From Octopus vulgaris (taxonomy: Eukaryota), in contig OX597832.1 in assembly GCA_951406725.2 (NCBI GenBank), forward strand, positions 22,196,001 through 22,260,000: a DNA stretch of 64,000 nucleotides. Reading direction: 5' to 3'. Shown in pieces: positions 54,926-64,000 of this stretch. Under the pieces are notes generated by a model. That model searched no databases. It saw only the letters and a program-made list of their open reading frames with translations, and was not told where the DNA came from. The translations under genes were made by a program, and so were the position numbers. How positions within the stretch are numbered: position 1 is the stretch's first letter; each line of letters starts with the position of its first letter.

Positions 54926-55630
54926 CACGAACCCACAACAAACACACTTACACCTGCACACACCCTACACACACCTTTACCCAGATATTAACACCATGAC
55001 ACACACAAATATATGGTTCCACACATACACATAATTGAATACGGGTGCAAAACATCCAACACTATTTTTTGGAAATGGCTGTAAATATTGACTTCACACA
55101 AATACGTTGCTTCCCGATACAGGCACAAGGCCAGCAGAACTATAAATATTGAAAATTGTACCCACACACACACACATATATACACGCGCGCGCGCCCCAA
55201 CATACATATAAACACACACACGCGCGCGCGCACACACATACATACATACAGCTCTCCCTGTTCTAAACGAACTTACTTATCCAGTCAAGCGGAAAATACA
55301 CTCCCTAACTATGCGCTAAAAAGCTATTTAAAATATCCACATGACGTCTACTGACCAGCCTGAACAATAAGAATTTTCAACAACACTATTTTCGAAAATT
55401 CTAAACATTCACGTGACCTCTTTATTATGGCCAATAAGAAATTTTAGGCGGGACACTAGCCAAATTTTAACTTCTCTGGAGCCTTTTTTCTTACCCCAAC
55501 ACCAACTTCCATTCAAACATTCACGTGACCCCTTCATAATGACCAATCAAAATTTTAGGTGCGAAACCAAGCAAATCCCAAACAACTCTGGAGCCTCTTT
55601 TTTCACATATAAGAGACAGACTCTAATCTC

Positions 55631-55677
55631 TCTTTTATATTTTGATAAGCATAACAAATGCGCAACCGGTAAAAAGA
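55631..55677 (+). ncRNA. Variant hammerhead-like motif in the PLE pLTR (mirror copy at 52189-52235, minus)
   Basis: UUGAUAA-GCAU aacaa AUGC-GCAA-CCGG-UA, with UCUUUU/AAAAGA flanks. This is hammerhead topology with a substituted core and a palindromic mini stem III. Confidence 0.55.
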
Positions 55678-55738
55678 ACTTTCACCTAATTAAATTACTT
55701 AAATTACTTCAATTATTTGTCAGCATTTTCTTCATTTC

Positions 55739-55784
<46 letters not shown>

Positions 55785-55847
55785 TATATAAACGCTGTAA
55801 CAGTTAAATTCACTTCATAACTTAAAATTGAATAGAAGATCTGAAAT

Positions 55848-55893
55848 CCACCTGATGAATGTCCTTAGAAGAGACACGAAACAATTGTAGTGG
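55848..55893 (+). ncRNA. Minimal type I hammerhead ribozyme in a separate PLE pLTR fragment (55790-55995) bounded by (TA)n
   Basis: CCAC-CUGAUGA-a-UGUC cuuagaaga GACA-c-GAAA-CAAUUG-UA-GUGG: 4-bp stem I, palindromic stem III, GUA cleavage triplet. Confidence 0.8.
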
Positions 55894-55989
55894 CGAATTT
55901 AATTTTATTTAATTTATATTAAATTTCTTTATGTATTGGATTAAGTCTTTCTTTGTTTGATTTGCAAAATAGTGGTTTTGTCTCTAATA

Positions 55990-56038
<49 letters not shown>

Positions 56039-56690
56039 AAAAAGATTACAGGTTTATACAAATCAAATTTTTATATATAAACAGACATGTTCTTGACACC
56101 CAGACAGAAGATAAACTATTTTTACTTCAAATTTTCATAAATTTTTACTGATATTTGATAAGATGAGATACATGAAACCAGTAATATTTTCTTTATATAA
56201 TTTTCTTATTAAATCCCCACTTAAATTGAAATGTCTTAGATTTACATCTGCGCTATTTCCACCTCCATCTTTTGTATATAAGCATACAAACAAACACATA
56301 CACATATATGTATGTATGTATGCATGTATATATCTTAATGTATAGCTTTTACCTTTCACTTATTTCAGGCACTGGGCTGCGGCCATGCAGGAGCACCGCC
56401 CTGAAGCGTTTAGTCGAATAAATCGACATCAGAACGTATTTTCAATTATTGCTGCTACTACTGCTGCTGCTGCTGCTGACGGTGAGCCAGCAGAATCGTT
56501 ATTACGCTGGGCGAAATACTTATCGTTATTTCACCCGTCGCTTCGTTCTGAGTTCAAATTCCGCCGAAGTCGACTTTGCCTTTCATCCTTTCGGAGTCGA
56601 TTAAATAAGTACCAGTTACACATTGGGGTCGATGAAATCTACTATACTCATCCCACCAAAATTTCACGCCTTGTGCCTATATTAGAAAGG

Positions 56691-56741
<51 letters not shown>

Positions 56742-57223
56742 GAGTGAGAGAGCAGTTCATGCCATCAAAGTGACACTGGGGTAAAATATACGAAGCCCAA
56801 TATACCCATCATGACTACCCGTCTGATAAGGGTACACCAGGCACATGCATCACAACCATATGTGCGCGACATGGTGATCTCATATCAAGATAAACAGCAT
56901 ATGACCTTGCCGGTGGGGCCCAGTTAGAATTTTCTTCAGGTTGAGTAGCCCATCCCGCTCAAAAGGTCCCTGAATAAGGGTTGTTTAAGGATGTTGAAAG
57001 AACCACCCATGTTTCCAGAGGTGAATTATTCAAACCCCAAAGAATCCCTCTCAACACATGGCTTATGATGCTCCCCCACTACTTCTGCCCGTGATCAGAG
57101 ATGCACATATCGTCAGCCACTAAGGGACATGCTCAACTGGTTAAGGTCAAACAACTGACAAGCAAATCTGTGGTATTGAGCAGAATATTTGCTGTAGCCC
57201 ATCTTTTATACCAAGACAAAACA

Positions 57224-57283
<60 letters not shown>

Positions 57284-57635
57284 ATTATTATTTTTTTTTA
57301 TGTAACATATGGTATAATTATACAGAGAGAAAATGTTAGCCATTCCCCCGCAGACTGAAAAAAAAACTTCAATCGATTTTCGAACTTTATTGGTTTCCAT
57401 CAGAAGCGTCTACAGCATTCTGACACTTGCCAGAGAAGCAAGCAGCCAAACTGTTTATGTACTCAACAAATGCAGCAGTTACTCTATGAAGGAGTCCTTA
57501 ATTTGCATACTAAAAGTGTTTAACACTCTATAAATACCAGTGGCCTGGCAACAGAGATCTTAATCCACACAGTATCAAAGTATGATATAATAAAATATGT
57601 CACATATGATATAATTATAAACAAGGCAAATATTA

Positions 57636-57720
<85 letters not shown>

Positions 57721-57818
57721 ATATAACGGGAAGGTTTATGAAAATAAACAAAAGACGAAGGCAGGTGGAGTACAAACAAACAAATGTATTAGTATGGCGC
57801 TCAGGAATAGAAAAAGTC

Positions 57819-57852
57819 TTTTACGTTTCCAGCCTACGCTCTTCGACAGAAA
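57819..57852 (-). ncRNA. Minimal hammerhead variant in a PLE pLTR fragment (about 57727-57965) bounded by (TA)n
   Basis: UUU-CUGUCGA-A-GAGC guag GCUG-GAAA-CG-UA-AAA. Confidence 0.55.
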
Positions 57853-57979
57853 TATACACAGAAAAAAACAAGGAGAGAAAAAAATGCGTGCAGGAGCTAA
57901 CGATCTATCATGGCGATCTGACTTCGGACAGTGGTCAGACGAGAGAAGGACAGTAGGGGAGATAACATATATATATATG

Positions 57980-58052
<73 letters not shown>

Positions 58053-58698
58053 TTTTATATGTTTCAGTCATTTGTCTGCAGCCATGTTGGAGCACAACCT
58101 TTAATCGAATAAATCGACCTAATAACTTATTCTTTGTAAGCCTAGTACTTATTCTATCGTTCGCTTTTGCCGAACCATTAAGTTACGGGGACGTAAACAC
58201 GCTAACATCAGTTGTCAAGCGATGGCGGGGCGGCAGACAGACAGACAGACACACAGACAGACAGACACACACATACATATATACACGACAGACATCTTTC
58301 AGTTTCCGTCTACCAAATCCACTCACAAGGCTTTGGTCGACCCGAGGCTATAGAAGACACTTGCCTAAGGTGTTACGCAGTGTGACTGTTTACGTCCCAC
58401 TAACTTAGCTGTTCGGCAAAAAGAGATTGACATAATTTGTAAGAGGCTTAGCTAAAGGTAAATACTGGTGTTTATTTATTCGACTAAGAGTATAAGTACA
58501 GAAGCGAAAAATTATGCGACATGGAATTCAACTATAAGTGGCCTATACTCCGCGTTGGAGGGTTAAAGGCAGATGAAGAAGTGACTTGGGCAATGGGAAA
58601 CGAAGTGTTTTGCTGCAGAACACAACGAGGTGTTTGGTCTAGGAATCGAAACCCCGATATTGTGATAATGAGTACAACACATTAAGCATTCTTCATTA

Positions 58699-59058
58699 GC
58701 ACTCCGTCGGTTACGACGACGAGGGTTCCGGTTGATCCGATCATCGGAACAGCCTGCTCGTGAAATTAACGTGTAAGTGGCTGAGCACTCCACAGACACG
58801 TGTACCCTTAACGTAGTTCTCGGGGATATTCAGCGCGACACAGAGTGACAAGGCCGGCCCTTTGAAATACAGGTACAACAGAAGCAGAAAGTAAGAGTGA
58901 GAGAAAGTTGTGGTGAAAGAGTACAGCAGTGATCACCACCATCCCTGTCGGAACCTTGTGGAGCTTTAGGTGTATTCGCTCAATAAACACCCACAACGCC
59001 CGGTCTGGGAATCGAAACCGCGAGTCCACTGCCCTAACCACTGGGCCATTGCGCCTCC
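58699..59058 (-). mobile_element. tRNA-derived SINE (third group). Related copies: 39566-39850(+), 40173-40457(-), 31030-31155(+), 63061-63279(-)
   Basis: Head ggaggcgcaatggcccagtggttagggc...ggtttcgattccc and tail ggaaccctcgtcgtcgtaaccgacggagtgc. Copies at 40173 and 63061 carry a Meta-like gtgttcttg..caa.acactt..ttcac..tgctccagt.cactca.ctggca domain. Confidence 0.78.
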
Positions 59059-59603
59059 GCATTAAGCATTAGGCCACACGCTTTCTCTAAAGTTGGATAC
59101 ATAAAAGTAGAATTAACCACCAAAGAACTCAAATGATAATAACATTATATGAACCAGTCTGGGGTAGAATAGCGTAAAAGGCCTACTGGTGCAACTGACA
59201 CCACGCAAACATCGATTACTCGATTGCAATTCGATGCCATTATCGAATAGACGACTAGAAGACATCTATTCTGCAACAAATTAGATATTATAAATTGTTT
59301 CTGCAATTTAGTTGTACGGATTTTTTTCTCTCACTATTATATGAGTCGCTCAATGATTCGTTAAACGATAAATGGCGTGTTTCATGTCCCCACTTGGCGA
59401 GTCTGTTGCTCTTTTCTATCTGAAATTGTTGATTATTATGTCCAGTATGAAGCATAATGAAATTTGAGATCTCACAGATTGAAATAATATTCCTGTATAA
59501 TGAAATATGCACTGAGAAGGAGGGGATCGATAGAAAGATAGACAGACAGACAGATAGATAGACAAATAGACAGGTAGATAGATAGACAGACAGACAAACA
59601 GAC

Positions 59604-59742
<139 letters not shown>

Positions 59743-59770
59743 TAGACAGATAGATAGATGATAGATAGAC

Positions 59771-59824
<54 letters not shown>

Positions 59825-59826
59825 GA

Positions 59827-59857
<31 letters not shown>

Positions 59858-59870
59858 TAGACAGATAGAG

Positions 59871-59904
<34 letters not shown>

Positions 59905-59909
59905 GTAGG

Positions 59910-59952
<43 letters not shown>

Positions 59953-59983
59953 ACAGACATATAGATAGATAGATAGATAGATA

Positions 59984-60163
59984 TGTTTCTTTATTAGCCA
60001 CACAGGGCTGCACACAGATAGAACAAATTACAAGGTAGAGCTTTTCTTTTGAAGGTTTAAAAAAAAAAAAAAAAAAAAAAAGAAAGGGGGAGTTTCGATC
60101 AAAAGGGATCGTAAAAGGAGAGAAAGAGGACAAAAAAGGGGGGGTTAAAAAAAGGGGGGAGAG

Positions 60164-60196
<33 letters not shown>

Positions 60197-61152
60197 ATCA
60201 ATAGGGATCGTTATAACAGAAATTTCAATATGAAGTGTAAAGGGGAGGACAGGTGAGGTTTACCCGTGGAAAGAAAAGCCTACGGAAAAGACCACGGTAA
60301 CCTCGGTCAATGAAGTCACATTTTATATTTCTTTTTTTTTTTTTTTTTTTTTTGCAAATAAGCAACTCTCTGTTTTCGATTTCTGGGTTCATAGGACTAT
60401 GCTCAAGGTGGCTTCGTCATTCATACGTGCCATTCTTGCTACATTCACCCATCTTTTTTTAAAACATTCGCTAGACAAAACTTGCCTCTCTACTCTCACT
60501 TTCCTTTTCAAGTGGTACTTGAAGAAGTTGATGAGAGATTGACCAGAGAGGAAAGTGTTTGTCTCCAATCCTTTCAGACGCGTCCACCAGATACATTCTT
60601 TCGCCATAGCCACAAGGATGATGAAAATAGCTCTTCCTTCCCGTTTGAAGGAAGGAGGCGTCACAATATTGACGATAGACTCAGCTGATAAACCGACTCG
60701 TCCCACACGTGACAGCAGTTGTTCGACATAAGCCCACAGGTCGGAAATTGTTGGACACTGAACGAGTGCGTGCAGAACGGTTTCGTCGCTCTGACCGCAT
60801 CTCGGGCAGGTCGGCCCCGTGTTTCTCGAGCCGTGTCTGTAGAGCTTATCCCGAACGGGTAGCGCTTCTCGGTAGCACTGCCAGGCCAGGGATCTCTGGA
60901 AGTTGTCCATGGGCCCTGGCCCGAAAGTCGTCCTGAACAGGCGGGTCAGGTACTCCTCGTCGACGTCCAGGTTCGCCCCGAGCTCGTCGTCGTACCTCCC
61001 CTCCACTAAACCCCTATAGAATGCTTTGGTTGTGTTGAAGTCACTTAAGGTCGACCCAGGACGGCAGAGTTGCTTAAGAGCAACGCGACACTCGCGGTGC
61101 CATTCGCCCTTCCTCGGCCTCTTTTTGATCCACGACTGCAGTTCGGTCATGG

Positions 61153-61153
<1 letters not shown>
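59984..61153 (-). mobile_element. Tx1/L1-clade LINE 3' fragment (ORF2 C-terminus + 3' UTR) inserted in (GATA)n
   Basis: ORF 60389-61150 contains W...EALPVRDKL...CPRC...ETVLHALVQC (zf-RVT CCHC) and IWWTR. The 3' end aataaagaaa is followed by (CTAT)n. Confidence 0.88.
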
Positions 61154-61198
<45 letters not shown>

Positions 61199-61212
61199 GT
61201 AGATAGATAGAT

Positions 61213-61468
61213 AACTTTCTTTATTGGCCACACAGAGCTGGACACAGAGGGGACAATTACAAATGTAGAGCTTTTCTTTTCGGAGATGGAAAAGGAAAGG
61301 GAAGAAAAAAAAAGGGAAACAAATGTAAAATTTCGATCAAAAGGGATCGGAAGAAAAAAAAGCGATCAAAAGGGATCGTGTATTACAGAAAGAAAAAATT
61401 ATTTTTTTTCAAAGTAACAAACAAGATTAGGTTCGTCCGTGGAAAGAAAAGCCTACAGAAAAGACCAC

Positions 61469-61469
<1 letters not shown>
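61213..61469 (-). mobile_element. Short 3' UTR fragment of the same Tx1-like family in (GATA)n
   Basis: Matches 59984-60297 (tttctttattggccacacag; gagcttttctttt; gatcaaaagggatcg; ccgtggaaagaaaagcctac). Confidence 0.85.
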
Positions 61470-61530
<61 letters not shown>

Positions 61531-61802
61531 CAGACAGAGGTGGAACAAATACACATCTTAAATGGTTTCTGAATAAGTGTTCATATTTTAACATATTCTT
61601 GTTGAAGACAGAGATTTTAAAGAAATCGGACAGACAGACATTAATATCGAAGACAATGTCGAGAATAGAAGAATGTCTCCAGACGGACGAATCAATTCTA
61701 ATGGAGACCGATGTACAAAAGAAATGTTCTGAAAAAAAGTGAAAGGAAAAGGAAGAAAAATCACAAATGTAACATGCTGGCTATATATATATAAATATAT
61801 AA

Positions 61803-61837
<35 letters not shown>

Positions 61838-61838
61838 A

Positions 61839-61921
<83 letters not shown>

Positions 61922-61980
61922 TAATAATAATGATAATAATAATACTGATGATGATGATGATGATGATAATAATAATAATG

Positions 61981-62015
<35 letters not shown>

Positions 62016-62025
62016 AATAATAATG

Positions 62026-62065
<40 letters not shown>

Positions 62066-62097
62066 TAATAATTATAATAATGATAATAATAATAATG

Positions 62098-62144
<47 letters not shown>

Positions 62145-63321
62145 AATGATAATAATAATAATAATAATAATAATAGAGGGGACAAACAAGGACAGACAAA
62201 CGGATTAAGTCGATTATATCGACCCCAGTGCGTAACTGGTACTTAATTTATCGACCCCGAAAGGATGAAAGGCGAAGTCTACCTCAGCGGAATTTGGACT
62301 CAGAAATTAAAGACAGACGAAATACCTATTTTTTTTACTACCCACAAGGGGCTAAACACAGAGCTGACAAACAAGGACAGACAAACGGATTAAGTCAATT
62401 GTATCGACCCCAGTGTTTCTCTGGTACTTAATTTATCGACTCCGAAAGGATGAAAGGCAAAGTCGACCTCAGCGGAATTTGAACTCAGAACGTAACGGCA
62501 GACGAAATACGGCTACGCATTTCGCCCGGCGTGCTAACGTTTCTGCCAGCTCGCCGCCTTTACAAATTTACATATTAAAACAATTTTTTCTGTTGAGTAA
62601 AGCATTTTTATAAAACAACCAGCAATGTTTTCGTTGTTCATGATTAATGGTTAATTGTCGTATAAAAGGTTCATTGATGGGAATTAAAAGTTAATCGCTT
62701 GTGTATGTGTATGTGTGTGTATGTTTGTGCGTGCGTTTATGCTTGCGTATGTGTGCGCGATCTTCCATCATTAAAAATCAACATGTAGTGTTTTGTTTCT
62801 AAACATGTTGTTTAGTTTTCTTTCTTCTTTCTTTTTAAGCATAAACTACGAAATGAAGTGAAAAATTTTTTTCTCGCCAAATTTAAGACAAAAATTTCCG
62901 GATTTAATTTGATTAAAATATCTGCTAACCCAACCATTACAAAAGCTCTCACTGCAATTCGTGTAAATATACAGGGTGGTGCACGAAAAAGTAACCTTGG
63001 TTCCGTAGCATAGTGTATAAAATAAATAAATGCGCACTTTTTTAAAGCCTTGCCAGGCTCTTGGCCCGGTTTCCCGGTTTCAATGGCGTATGTGTTCCCC
63101 AGCTGGACGGGACACCAGTCCATCGCAGTGTTACTCATTTTTGCCAGTTGAGTGGACTGGAGCAATGTGAAATGAAGTGTTTTGTCCAAGAACACGACGC
63201 GTCGCCCAAACCAGGAATCGAAACCAAAATCTTACGATCATGATGCTGACACCCTAACCACTAAGCCACGCGCCTCCACAGCATAGTGTTTACAAAGGAA
63301 TAAAGTTACACTCACAGAAAA

Positions 63322-63402
63322 CACCGTATTTGCCGGTGTAGTACTCGCACTTTTTATCTGACGGGAAAATCCAGGAAAAGCGGGGTGTGGTTTATACACG
63401 GT
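63322..63402 (+). mobile_element. Possible pogo/Tigger-like DNA transposon terminus
   Basis: accgtatttgccggtgtagtactcgcac...ggtgtggtttatacacgg subterminal pattern. No partner TIR is seen in the window. Confidence 0.35.
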
Positions 63403-64000
63403 TTCAAGGAAAATTTGGTCTAAATCCCGAACATTATTTCATGTAATTATCCAAAAGTTACGTGGTCCAAGCTTTTTTTACAATTCTTGCCGTTAAAACT
63501 AGTAAAAAAAAAAATCTGTTTAAGACTGTTTAAATATTCTTATTTCAGTGTCATCGCCCTTGTCTGTCATACGCTCTTATAACATTACGCATTTCAAACC
63601 AACGTGCGCCGGTATCGTCTCAATCTCCTACCGACTACCACTTTTTCAAGCACCTTGATAGTTTCCTGCGAGAGAAGGAGTTAAAAAAATCAAACCGATG
63701 CTGAAAGTGCGTTCAAAGATCCCACATCACCAGTTCCGCTTGCCAAAAGTGGCCCACTTGGCATCGTGCATTTGTTGCGTTCAAAGAGTTCATCAGCTCC
63801 AGAACTCCAGATTGTTATGTTACCGGAATAAACAAACTTGTAACTCGTTGGCAAAATCGTTTTGATTGTAATGGTACTTACTCTGAGGAATAAAATTTCC
63901 GTCTTGTTGAAATATATTGTGACGATTTTCATGTTTCAAAACGTTGCTTACATTTTACTCAGCCTATATATATATATATATAGTTAATCCAAACAAGAAA

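Larger units (their letters stand above)
52082..55743 (+). mobile_element. Penelope-like retroelement (Neptune-type), 5'-truncated, with inverted pseudo-LTR arrangement, inserted in (TA)n
   Basis: RT + GIY-YIG ORF. 52123-53094 is the near-perfect reverse complement of 54777-55743. There is an extra ~40-nt tail at 52082-52122, and (TA)n tracts lie on both sides. Confidence 0.93.

Noticed and set aside
63690-63932. 80-aa minus-strand ORF as a transposase or host exon
   Set aside because: No recognisable motif, and it cannot be supported without a database search.

Overview
This window is AT-rich, microsatellite-saturated metazoan genomic DNA. The SINE, RTE and Penelope repertoire suggests an octopus or other coleoid cephalopod (inference). 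No host protein-coding gene can be supported, and almost all listed ORFs are microsatellite artefacts. The only long real ORF is a 5'-truncated Penelope-like retroelement (RT + GIY-YIG, 52988-54925) sitting between two ~970-bp inverted pseudo-LTR arms. Other elements present are Tx1, RTE and R4/Dong-like LINE 3' fragments, three tRNA-derived SINE groups, non-autonomous Helitrons, mariner/Tc1 relics, a TIR MITE and a tRNA-Pro fragment. The most notable hidden layer is a dense set of self-cleaving ribozyme motifs found by eye. It includes one fully canonical type I hammerhead (36447-36498, minus strand) and about ten PLE-type hammerhead variants. Several of these sit in both arms of fold-back elements in or next to (TA)n/(GATA)n tracts and show recurrent non-canonical cores and long stem II insertions. 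There is also a 353-bp TSD-flanked RTE-derived element whose 5' end coincides with a candidate HDV-like ribozyme. All folds were derived manually and are not computationally verified. Coordinates of degenerate repeats are approximate.
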